DNA of 64,000 bases from Chrysomallon squamiferum (taxonomy: Eukaryota; Animalia; Mollusca), in assembly GCA_012295275.1 (NCBI GenBank), contig CM022665.1, forward strand, positions 32,426,001-32,490,000. The letters run 5' to 3'. The first letter of the stretch is position 1, and every line of letters starts with the position of its first letter. The notes under the pieces are model-generated. The model ran no database searches and was not told the DNA's origin. It was given only the letters and a program-made list of their open reading frames with translations. Position numbers and translations under genes: made by a program. Shown piece by piece: positions 47,301-59,200 of the stretch.

Positions 47301-50300
47301 ATAATAAAATTAAAAATAAAAACTGTATACCTTTTTTTTTAGCACTAAAAGATGTTTTTATGCAAAGAAAACATATTTAGAACATACCAGATTCCAGATA
47401 GCATTTTGATATTATCTATGTAGCAGTATTGTCATAGTAAAGAGAACACAAGACTAAATGGGTTCAGATATTTATTCCCAAAGACTGAACTTCAGCATAT
47501 CAGATGATGCATATGCAATGGGAGTTAAAATCCTAAAAAACCGCACACAAACCCCCCCCCCCAAAAAGAACATAACTCAGTAGTTAAAATACAAAATGTA
47601 CAATTATAAACAATTTAATTATAATTAATATATATTAAAATTATTAAAATGTTGTATACATAGTGATAAATTCTGTTAGTTATTAAAATAGCTTTTGATA
47701 TACACACACACTGTCCAATTGTGTTGGCCAGGTGCTAATAAAACATACAAGTATTATACAAAGCATAAGCTCTGTTACTAATATATGTAATGGAGGGGGG
47801 AAGCAAGTGGATTTCATGAGACCGATAGGTTGTTATAATATATATAATTAATATATATCACTGTCTAAGGAATAAACAAACAAGACAGAGTTTCCAATTA
47901 AAGGGCTTTAATACTAAGGAACCCCTGATACAGCAATATTAACATATACAACACGGTAACTGGTGTCTCCAAGAAGGACAAACTGGCCAGGTTCATAAAA
48001 CAAATCATAACAAAAATTCTACAGTTGCAAAACTAAAAACATAAAACCAATACAAAAACCCTGATGGTTAGATAAAAAGAAAATAATTACAAAGAAATAT
48101 ATTTCAACAAACATATAATCCAATACAAAATATTAACGTACAGTTCAATACAATCAAATCTGAGGAGAAGTCAGTTACATGCATTTTGATATTAATCTCA
48201 ACTGTTAAAGTTCAGTCACTCCTAATCGGTTTCACCCCATCCCATGTGTTAAATGTAATCATTAACAAAAGCAATTAACTTCAGCAGGGGTTCTGTTCTC
48301 TTTTGTAGGAAAGCATTAACCTCTTGGTAACACCAGCTTAATCAATGTGTGATTGCATGTTTATCTATTTCTGGCACTTGGATACCTGGCATACTAATAC
48401 TAATACCATACTAATCTGTCTATAATCATTTTTACACATGTTAACTAGAACTAATTACATTATATAAAAGTCTCTATAAAACTCTTTATGCATATTTATA
48501 TGAACTTGCTGTAATTGTTATTTGTATTTGGTTATATTGATAACATGAATAAAATATAACTCAGACATTCAAAGAAAAGAATAACTGTTATGATAAAGAT
48601 ACATTTAAATTAACAATTATGCATAAATATAAAACATATGCAATACTGTAAGTAGTGATGTCAGTAAGACTTACCCCACACGACCAGTGTCGCCACCTGA
48701 ACAGAAATAATATGTATCAGCTGTGATTACTGAGAAAATACTCAATGTATCAATCATGTTTATTTTTAAATATATTTCCATGTGAAAACTAATACAGACC
48801 CCATTAAATTATTATAAACTGTAACCACTGTTACTTAAAATCATACCTAGACATTTAATAAATTGTGCACTAGCATATTCAAAATAAATGAAATTCCACA
48901 AGTGAAATATAATTATTGTCTCACCTTTAATATATAATATCTTAATTATCCCTTTTTAATAGGCATATTAAAATGAAAGCAATAAACCTAAATTAATTAC
49001 TGATCTTAGCTGATCTGTTGCACATATGTGAAACCACATGTAAAAATGCTTATTTTCACTAGCAATTGTTTAAGGTCCTGCAATGTCAAAGGCCAGAGTG
49101 CAGCGCTTTGCTCTCTGAAGAAGAAGAAGAAGAAAGAAAATTGACTGTGCTATTCAGAGTGAGCTGTTGTGAAACATGTCTACGACAGACACGTTCTCTG
49201 ACAAGCCAGAGGGCACGTCTGTTGCAGAATTTGCTCTCTGAGAATATCACCCCCCTTAAATTCCAGTCCCCAGTGGTAGCAAAAGCTCCCAATAGGATCC
49301 AGTCGTGTTAATATATCTAGCTAGCACTTACTCCCTACTAATTACTTTAAAACATTATATTCTGACCTTTATAGAATAGGAAGCAATGGATATTATTTCT
49401 CTATTCTACATAGATATAGATAGATAGTTAGACACACACACACACACAGACATACACAATATGATAGCTCTCTTATACACCTTTGTGTGGCCATAACCTA
49501 TTAGATTGTCAGATATCCCTAGAAAGAAAGAAAATATAAAATAAGTTATCATTTAAAACTACACTTAACTATAAATAACTGACATGCTAGCATACTTTAA
49601 ACATTAACTTAAAAAAAAGTGCAATACAATTTATCAAACAAAAATGTGTTTCAGCATTTATGTAATTATTAAATTGTTACCAAGTTTAATATTAAACATA
49701 TTGACCTATCTTTACTGAATTATAATCCTAATATTTTTATCATAGAAACTACTACCTTATATTAGTTAAATACATATATAGATACTAAAGCTACCGGTTT
49801 GTTGTACCTTTTATGTTAGGTGCAAATTTTAAGAAGAGAAGAACAGTTGTCACTTACAAAAATTAAAGTTTATATAAGTTTTTGTCACATGAAACTATCA
49901 TGATGACCACCATCCAAATGAATGTTAGCAGTTGATGGAAATACATGCTCAGAGATTTTGACACCTGCAAAAAAAAAAGGATAATAATAAGAGTATTGTC
50001 ATATAGAATATTCTATACAGAGAAACATATGAAACAAAATAAAAATTGTATGATAGAACAAAATTAATGTATGACAAACTAAAGTTATGTGCAATATACA
50101 AATGGTAGAAATGTATTTACGTTATATAGGCTCTATTACACATTCTACTCATTATTATATTTCTAAATATTAATTAATAATACAATAAATATTTCAGAAT
50201 CATCTCACTGAAGAAATAAACAAGAAAAATGAGGCCATTACCAAACTTGAAACAGATTTATCAGCAATGGTAAAAATTAATATTATTTCAAATTCCTGTT

Positions 50301-52560
50301 TCATCAAAAATAACTTTCATCCTTGCTTTTTTTTATGAATGCAGTACTGGCACAAAGAGATTATTGTTTCATATATTAATTTTACTTTTTGTGACAATAG
50401 CTTTGAGTCATTTTAAATGACAGTAAATGTTTAAACTTCTTAATATTAATCCATAAAGTTGATGGCAAAGATATTAGATTTCAGTCACTTCTTTTTATCA
50501 AATACAGAAACAGGAGATAAAAGATCTTAAAAAAAAATCAACCAAAACAGAATCCAAAATTATCTGTTGTGACAGTGAAACTCAGACTGTTGAAATAGAA
50601 GAATTGTCAACATCTGTGCAGAATAGAGAGAATAAAGAAGCAAGAGAGGTAAAGAATTCAATTATTCAGTTTAAATTTTATTTCATTTTATTTTTTAAAT
50701 CTGCATACATCTCAGTTATGAATACATGTATTTAGAACTCACTTTAGATATGTCATAAATTTTAATGTAGATTTATAAAGTATTTTTACTTTCAAAATTA
50801 ATTTTTTAGTAAATAATTTATTTTAACCATTTAGTATCAGTGATTATTTGATTCATTTAAAATTAAGATTGGTACTCCCGTGGAGAGCACATTGCAAGAA
50901 GTCCATCATACTCCTATTGGAAATATGAAAACACCTCATTCTGTTCTACAGTCAGTTCAGAGAACTATCCTTAAGAATGTATCATCACTTTCAAAGAGAA
51001 GAAAGGTTGCTTTTTCAAAATTACATGATCCAGAAATGAATCCACTAGCAGATTCCGATTCATCTACTGAACTAATGGAAATAGAGGTACAACAGTGCAA
51101 CTCATTATAAACAATAAAAAAAATTAAAACACATTTAGAATAAAATAAACTGCAACATCTCACATGCATTTAATTTTAATTTATTTACCTATTTTTGCAT
51201 ATTATGTGCTTGATAACATTTGGATAAAAAGTCATCTCAACCTGTATTAGTTCAAATGTTATTTTTCTTTGTGTAGGAGAGTGTTTGGAAAATTAAAAAA
51301 ATAAATTAATAAATAAATAAATTCACTTTATTAAAATTAAAATTTCTTTATTTCAGATGGAAGATATTGATCAACATCTTGAAAAGTCTACTCCTCTTCG
51401 CATCCGCCCTTCTCCAAAATTAAGAACAGCACCAGAAAAAGTTAAACATGTAGAACATACTAATACATCACAACAAAAGTCATTAACACCAAAATCAGAT
51501 AAAGAAGTTAATGATGAAGAATTTTATGAGTGTTTGATTATATAAAAATCACATTAAATAGGCAAACTGTCTAATATATTTGTAGTTAAAAGATCCAAGA
51601 CTTTGTTTGAATTGTATTGTGTGTACATTTTCATCATTACTTTTTATTACATAGCTATCAATGAGTATAATTTATATTTTAGTCTAAGTATACCAAATAA
51701 ATGTTATTAGACATTCATTTCTGATTAGAATGAACATTACTGCATTAAAAATAAATAAATATTTAAAACGCACAAAAAACAGTAAATATATATGTGATGT
51801 TTAATTTAGGTACATTATTGTAACAAAATTATTTTTCTAGAATTGAAATTTTATTAAATCTTGCTATTCATACTATTTGCTTTAGAAAATGTTCAGCTGC
51901 ATTTCATTTTTAATCCAATTTGTAATATATAATTTGCTAAGTATATATTTTCATTCTTTCAGAAATCAATGATAAACAAAGAACAACTAATGTTTAAGGG
52001 ACTTTATCCTGATAGTAATGAATTATGTTCACAAAAACAGTGTCGGGTAACTAAGGTTGTGATCGTGTTGTTTTCTTTCTTTATAAGTCTTGATATGTTG
52101 TGTATTGGCTATGCTCAGAGATGAATTTAATTGTTTCCACATCATCCTATCTGCCAGATGGTTCCTTTCCAGTCCTCATTTAATTAATATCTCCATTATC
52201 TTGTTGATCTCAGATCTAGTTCTATCTTCTAATTATTTTGTATAAATAATAAACATATGTATTGATATTTTTAAGTAGTATGTTTATTTGCTAGTATTAC
52301 CAATAAAATCTAGAGGAAAGGAATATTCTTTCATATTATAAGACCTTTAACATTTATTTAATACACTGATTTTGTTTTCTCAGATTATGAAAGAAAATGC
52401 AAAACCTTTCAACATGAGGAAAGCACCGAATAAGTCTTCAAAATTTTTCAAGGAAAGAGCAACAAAAAAAACAAAAGCATCAAATATGAAAAAGCCTGAA
52501 ACTGAAGATCTTGCTTGGTTTGATCTGGATTCTGTGTTTGGGTTTGGTTCTGAAGACTGA
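38322..52560 (+). CDS. SYCP1: Synaptonemal complex protein 1 (transverse filament), ~30 coding exons. Examples: 38322-38408, 38687-38738, 39091-39245, 39543-39608, 39887-39954, 40177-40250, 40490-40548, 41007-41076 ... 46672-46869, 47066-47167, 50198-50268 ... 52384-52560
   Basis: Conserved N-terminal motif ERLASLHAKLHQEADKIRKWKVQIEIDLKNK-EKKIQE..IENLRKSILDLQ-LHNEKLSLKLQD..ATRELCNVLKD, then a long multi-exon coiled coil (..AEMMATLDKYKQE..) and a basic S/T-P-rich tail with KRRK. The start codon and some middle exon boundaries are approximate. Confidence 0.9.
42826..43396. mobile_element. pogo/Tigger-like (Tc1/mariner superfamily) MITE in a SYCP1 intron
   Basis: Starts TA|CAGTGGAACCTTGGG and ends CCCGAGATTCCACTA (imperfect TIR), with repeated gtaa(a/c)ccaa-type subterminal motifs. 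The right TA TSD is degraded. Confidence 0.7.
48675..49964 (-). other. Cluster of small antisense exons nested in SYCP1 intron 47168-50197 (putative non-coding host transcript)
   Basis: Minus-strand acceptor/donor pairs: 49964-49858 (tttttttgcag|...|gtaagt), 49518-49498/49481, 49366-49332 (|gtaagt), an acceptor at 49114 after (ttc)n, and 48696-48675 (tttctgttcag|GTGGCGACACTGGTCGTGTGGG|gtaagt). No continuous ORF. Confidence 0.5.
49174..49292 (-). ncRNA. Candidate box H/ACA RNA, ~119 nt
   Basis: Hairpin with basal UUGGGAG/UUCUCAG, then AGAGCA (ANANNA H box, 49237-49232), a long hairpin (49227-49180) and ACA plus 3 nt. It lies in predicted intron 49331-49115, upstream of a GCUCAC branch-point-like motif. 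No target identified. Confidence 0.4.
52100..52230 (-). mobile_element. Possible short 3' fragment of an RTE-type LINE
   Basis: Minus frame reads ..IK*GLERNHLADRMMWKQLNSSL, reminiscent of the RTE C-terminal LAxDRxxW motif. Short and decayed. Confidence 0.3.
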
Positions 52561-55500
52561 TTATGCTTTGCCTTACAGTGTATCTTTAAATGTATTACTG
52601 TTGCAACACCATTCTTTATAGCATTGTAAAATCTGTTTTCCACATTTCTCTCTAATTTAAAATATATTTATACAAAATTAGACATGAAATCTTTAATTTC
52701 TAGTTCTTAGTTTCATTTACTGAAGATAATTCCTTAGATGATTTGTTAACATTAAACTGATTTTTCTTTAAATTACAGTTATAATTTGCACATAAAATTT
52801 CACTTTATTTGAAATCCATGAGATTTATGTTTTTAAATAATGTTTGTCGTTACATTTATTTTATAAATGTGAAAAGAAAAGTACAAGTTCACAAATATTT
52901 TCAGTGGATTGACAGTATTATACATTACTAAATTTAAAACATTAAAGTAATTATATTGAAGTTATTTCTTATTACTTATTGTTTGCAAATGTTATAATAT
53001 GTAAGAGTATAATATTTGGATCTTTTCAGAGAATTATCTAAGGTTTGTCTTGAAATGTTACTATTGGTGTTTATATGATCACATTTTATCAGCTGTGATA
53101 TTTTCTGTTATGAAATTTCATTTCAAATATTCTTTATTCTCTGTTTATTTTAGAATAGTTTTTATTAATAAACTGTCATAATATTCTGCTCTTAGTTGTT
53201 GGTTTTTATTATTATTATTATTATTTTAAATAGCATGTATAAATATTTGCTGTTTTCCTCAGCACCATATGATAAAATCTACTTCTCTAATTTAAATAGT
53301 TTTGTATCCTGCATTTTCAATACATGATTAACATTTTTTAGAAACATGTATTAATATTAAAATTAGAAAAGTATCAAAGTAAATGACAAACAACAAACAC
53401 AAGTTATGAAAAAAATATATTTATTGCACAAAGAGATTAAAAAAACCGAATAGTGATATGTGCATGAATAATTCATTATCTACATGAGGAATATTTTGGT
53501 AAAAGAAAAATCCATCCAAACTTTAATTATGATCAAATAAATACTGAGTTATTCCTAGCTTTTTAATCCCATTTATTTTAATCAGTCCATGATCTGAACT
53601 TAAGATTCTAATTCCATGAGTTATAAACAACTTCTGAACAACTGATTTAAAAAATACAGTGACATTCTAATAAGTTGTTTTAAGCTTGTTAGAGCTATCA
53701 GTAATTTTAAGGTGTAATATTAAATATTTCAGAGTAACTCTGATTTTGACATATTGCTTATGAAGTTTAATTGAGGTTTAATCAAATTTTATTTCATTTT
53801 TACTCTCAAGGAAAATTATCATTCATGTTCTTATTCAACATGACCAAAGCATTGTACATGTATAATGTGTACAAATACATTGCACATAGGTGTTTTGCAG
53901 TGTGAAACAAGTGAACACATAATATACAACTTACGTTGAAAATATACCTTTCAGCTATTATAAACAAAATATTTAATACACAGCAATCCTTTTAAGTATT
54001 TTATTATTCAGATTTTATCAAACTATTGCCATGTCAAGACTTGATAATAAAACAACTGAAGCAATGATTTTAACACTACCTTATTATGAAGTTAAAAAAA
54101 GAACATAACATGTCCAATGAATCTGTACTCTTTTCTTAGCTATTTAACAATAAGCTTGAATTAAAAATATGATTCCTTTAACATTCTAATATGAAACAAA
54201 ATAATAACAGAATAAAGATCTGTTTATGTTAACTGGGTAACTTGAGCAAAAGATGAGTAGCTGTCATTTTGTATTAAATAACTGAAATTATGACTTAAAT
54301 ATTAATTCCTGGTATGCACACAAATTTAAATCAAACAAATGATTACTGTATTTCTAATTAACTATTAACATACGATATCTATTATAATGTAAATTATAGG
54401 TAAATCATAAGTAATGGAGAACAATTATCTTTTAAAACTAGTAAATAAATAATTACAGTACTTTCATTTTCTGAAACAAATATATTATTATTTTTAAGCT
54501 ATGAAAACTGAAATTATAATCATTAATACTGATAATCAAACATGATAACTGCATATTGTACACTGAATAGTAATATATTTTTTAATTTATTATTCGTAAG
54601 AACTATCAGCTGAAAACAACATAGTTTGTTAACTTGGCCAATCCACTTACTTTGAAATGAAGCTGCTTTAATTATCAATATTTACAACATAAATTTGAAT
54701 CATATCTCATGCTGTGAATTCAACAATAAACACACACCCCAAACAAAAAAAAACCCACATCTGACAAATTATAGATTTCTTTGTTCTTTTTAAATTAACT
54801 CAACAATATTACTGATTACAAAAATTTAAAAATAAAAGTATCTCTTAATATTAAATACCTTGGTGGAATGTCAATTCATAGATCATTTTAAAATATTCCT
54901 AATATTATCATACGCTATTCCAAAGTTTATTCTTTTACAAGATAAAAATTATTTTACATAGATATTTAGCACCACTTTTAAAATCAAACAGGCTGTTTAC
55001 TCACAACGTTCATCTGACACAGTGAACTGATAATTAACCTGTGGAATGATTTCTTTTATGAATGTTTTATTTTACTGAGAAATACCAGCTTTTGTGACTT
55101 TACATCAAATGAGCTTAGTTTGTATTAGTGATTGAGCTAACACTGTCAGTTATTTTGTCCATTCTGAGAACACAATCAGTATCTTCAGGCAGGTGACATA
55201 AAAGATGTCTATCTGTACATTTTCTACACACAGACAGATAAAAAAAACAACAACAAAACAACAAACATGCTTGACCTCTAGTAACGTTTCTATTTTTTCA
55301 TGTGCTATTATAAAATATTTATTCATTCCACTGTGGATTCTGACACAACTATAGCTGTAAAGATGAAAAAATGGCAACATTCACTGAATATTTGGATAGC
55401 ATAATTTTATTTTCAAACTTTGTTGTTACTAAAGCCTGGTAAAGATTAGTTATTAGGTATCATTCTGTGGTCATAATAATGATAATAATAATGTACTTAA

Positions 55501-56280
55501 AATAAAAACCTTATTTTGTATGGATCTTAATAAAAGTTCCTTAAATCATGAGATATAACCAAAAGAAAAATGTAGTGAATTTATTTAGCCATTTTGTACT
55601 AAGCTTTACTTTAATTATCTTACAATATGAGATGCTGACAACAGAAACTAACAGAATTAAGATGACTGTCACATCTGCAATGTGTCAAACTCCTTAAATT
55701 ACAGGATTCTAAAAGACTGACATCATTTTCCACCATGTTTACAATCTAGAAATGAACATTTTATTCTTCTGATAAGTTATATTTAAGCTGCACTAGATTG
55801 GTTTTAATTTAGCCCTAATTTAATAGCATTTTGAACAATTAACTTTTTAATAATTAGTAAAATAATACATTTATCGTGATCACACAAGGTATTTATAATC
55901 AAACTCGTCAACAAATGATCTGAAAATTAAAGTAACACGCATTAACATTACAATTATATATTCAAGTAAATATTAGAAGTATACCAGGACATCAAATACA
56001 TTATAAACATATATTTGACAATGCATATTAATAAAATAATACAAGTATTATTAATAATATTTACTTAAATATATTATACTATTTTAATAAATAATCATAT
56101 TATTGATGGAATTACTATTATGACAAGGAAAGTTAAAAGGTTCTCTTGATACAAAAGAATTAAACAAATTATTAATTTCTGTAATGACAGAAATAGAATG
56201 TACATCTTCAGAACAGTTAGGTAGCTGATTTCAAACCATTTTACATCAAATATGATTTATAAACAAAGCATATTTTTTCA

Positions 56281-59200
56281 TCAGCTCATACTTTGATTAA
56301 TTCTAGAATCAATGCTGTTTGAATTGCCTGTACTTCCATATAATGATTCTACTGGTCGATGCATCCTTTTTTCTAAAATTAGAGAAAATTATTCAAATAT
56401 TAATCAAAAATTGGTGAACCCCCCCCCCCACACTAATAATACCTATAATCATAAACAAATCAAAGAACATTTCTCTAATAAAATCAAACTACAACATGCA
56501 AAGCTAAAGTATTTATAAATGAACAAATGTATAAGACTATGATAGTTAACAAATACTACTGTTGTAATTATATGTCATTTGAACTGTCATCATTATGTAA
56601 TTCAGTTTGTGTATTTATGACATATATATACATATATATATATGGGTCATTCCATGTCAAATCACCCCAAAAAAATAAAATTTAAACCCGACCATCTCCA
56701 ATGAGAAAGGCAAATAAATGGACGGTATTATAAATATTATTAAAATTGTATAATCTAGATAGGTCTGTTTATATGTGTGTGCATATATATATATTTATAT
56801 ATGTATGGGTCATTCCGTGTCAAATCACCCAATGGATTAAACCCGACCGTCTCATATTTTTATGAAACTTGGTATACTTGTCGACTGGAATCCCACAGCA
56901 CCAAATATGAAATTTTAGGCCAATCGGACTAGTGGTGTGGGAGATATGGCTCCCCGAATTTTGAGATTTTTGGCCAAAATTGGCGTGACCACCAAACTTT
57001 CAACCCTCATATCTCAGGAACTACTGGGCCAATCTTCATAAAATTGGTATTGTTGAAAAGACAATATGACATGCCATTATTGTTCAGTTTGGAAAATTTG
57101 GTGGTCACTGACCTTTTTACCTTTGTTATGACCTTGAAATTGACACTGTGGATCATGTGACCTTGAGATGATTTTTACTGAAATTTAATCTCCCACATGT
57201 TAACTAAAACATATAAAGGTTTCCTGGGTGTAATATTTTTTGTTTAGCCACAATATAGATTTAAAAAATGCATACCTGCATGGATGATTCATACAATGCA
57301 TTACAATGTACATTTTCTACATGTATACATTTCTCTGAGACCAAATACTCATCTTTGGAGTTAAAACCCACCTGACATGTCTGAAGGAATGCCTGAAGGA
57401 TGTGAAAAGATGCCAAATGGCATGACATGTTCTACACATTACGGAAAAAGTGTTGTGATCCCCTTAATCGCCATCCAAGCACGCACTAGATATTTAAGAA
57501 TTGTTAGCATGGGCACTTACAAATGATTAGTAAATCCAAAGACACTAGAGCCGAATCCTACCCAGAGCATGTGTAAATCTTGACTTTTCACACTTTACCA
57601 TTGAAAGGACAATGAATGAATTTGAAACAATGAATTACCTTGTGAAAAAAAGCCATGCTGTGAAGAAAGAGAAAGGGATTCTATCCCTCTGTGATAAGAA
57701 ATAGTCCAATTTTATGAAAGTGATGAGAACAATAGAATGTGTCTGGGAATGAAGGACACAGTGAGCATTTGAAACAAAGATGGTGAGAAGGTTAAGCATC
57801 AAATTCATGTGAACTTTATGCGTATATGTAGGCCTACAATGTCTTACTCAGTGATCAAGAGAGATGGTGATTCCTAGCATCCAGAATTGATCATTCAGGT
57901 TTTAGTTAATCAGATGTTAATTGCGGAAAAGGTGTTATTTTCAGGGATGTGCATTTTTTAAATCTATATTATGGCTAAACAAAAAATATTACACCCAGGA
58001 AACTTTTATATGTTTTAGTTAACATGTAGGAGATTAAATTTCAATAAAGGTCATCTCAAGGTCACGTGATCCACAGTGTCAATTTCAAGGTCATAACAAA
58101 GGTCAAAAGGTCATGACCACCAAATTTTCCAAACTGAACAATAATGGCATGTCACATTGCCTTTTCAACAATACCAATTTTATGAAGATTGGTCCAGTAG
58201 TTCCTGAGATATGAGGGTTCAAATGTTGGTGGTCACCCATAGAGTTACCACAGGAGCCTTCCATTGAAGTCAAGAAGCAAAACTATGTGTGTTGTCTGTA
58301 TGACAGTGAGGCATGGGTTGGACTAGCTGAGGACATTTCAGAAGAGCATGGCAACCTTCTAAGTTATTTCACTGGCCAAACAAAGAAGACACTTGTTGGA
58401 TTAGTGAAGGGGATATCTTCTGTGTGACTGATACACCTGCTATTGCATCTTCTTGATGGATGTACTCTTTGAGTAAAAAGGATGATGCTAGAATTGCAAG
58501 ACTATGGGAGAGTGGGTTACTGAATGATTCTGTGACTGCAGAACTGGTGAGAAGACAATGAGGTAAGTAGTTTGATATCATATGATCATACATGTAGGCC
58601 TGCAATGTCTTACTCTGTGATCAAGAGAGATTGTGACTCCTAGCATCCGGAATTGATCACACCCATTTTTGCCAAAAATCTCAAAATTCGGTGGGCCATA
58701 TCTCCCACACCACTATCCAATTGGCCTAAAATTTCAGATTTGGTGCTGTGGGATTCCAGTCAACAAGTATACCAAGTTTCATAAAAATCTGAGATGGTCG
58801 GGTTTAATCCATTGGGTGATTTGACACGGAATGACCCATATATATATATATATATATGCACACACACATAAACAGACCTATCTAGATTATACAATTTTAA
58901 TAATATTTATAATACCGTCCATTTATTTGCCTTTCTCATTTGTTTTTTGTTTTTAATTCTGAACAATTATATTTCAATAAATTCTTAATCCTCATATCAG
59001 TCATTTATATACAGAATAAAATCAGTTTTTGAAGTTATAAAGATAAAACAAATTTTATTTATTACATTAACTGGCTGCTCTGTTAATCATAATGATACAG
59101 ACATACACACACAAAGATATAATAATATTAGAAACTTAACTGCAATATATTTATACTTACGCTTAATAATTTTCTTCTGGTATCTGCCTCCATACAATCG

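Noticed and set aside
48205-48266. Possible C/D snoRNA on the minus strand (AUGAUUA...CUGA with gttaa/ttaac ends)
   Set aside because: Only ~51 nt from C to D box, an imperfect C box, and no convincing rRNA complement recalled.
49066-49311. Overlapping 81-aa (+) and 68-aa (-) ORFs
   Set aside because: Non-ATG starts and a (GAA)n run. Better explained as a polypyrimidine tract plus a structured RNA or palindrome.
49000-49340. Telomerase RNA hypothesis for the H/ACA-like element
   Set aside because: No CUAACCCU-type template found nearby on the minus strand.
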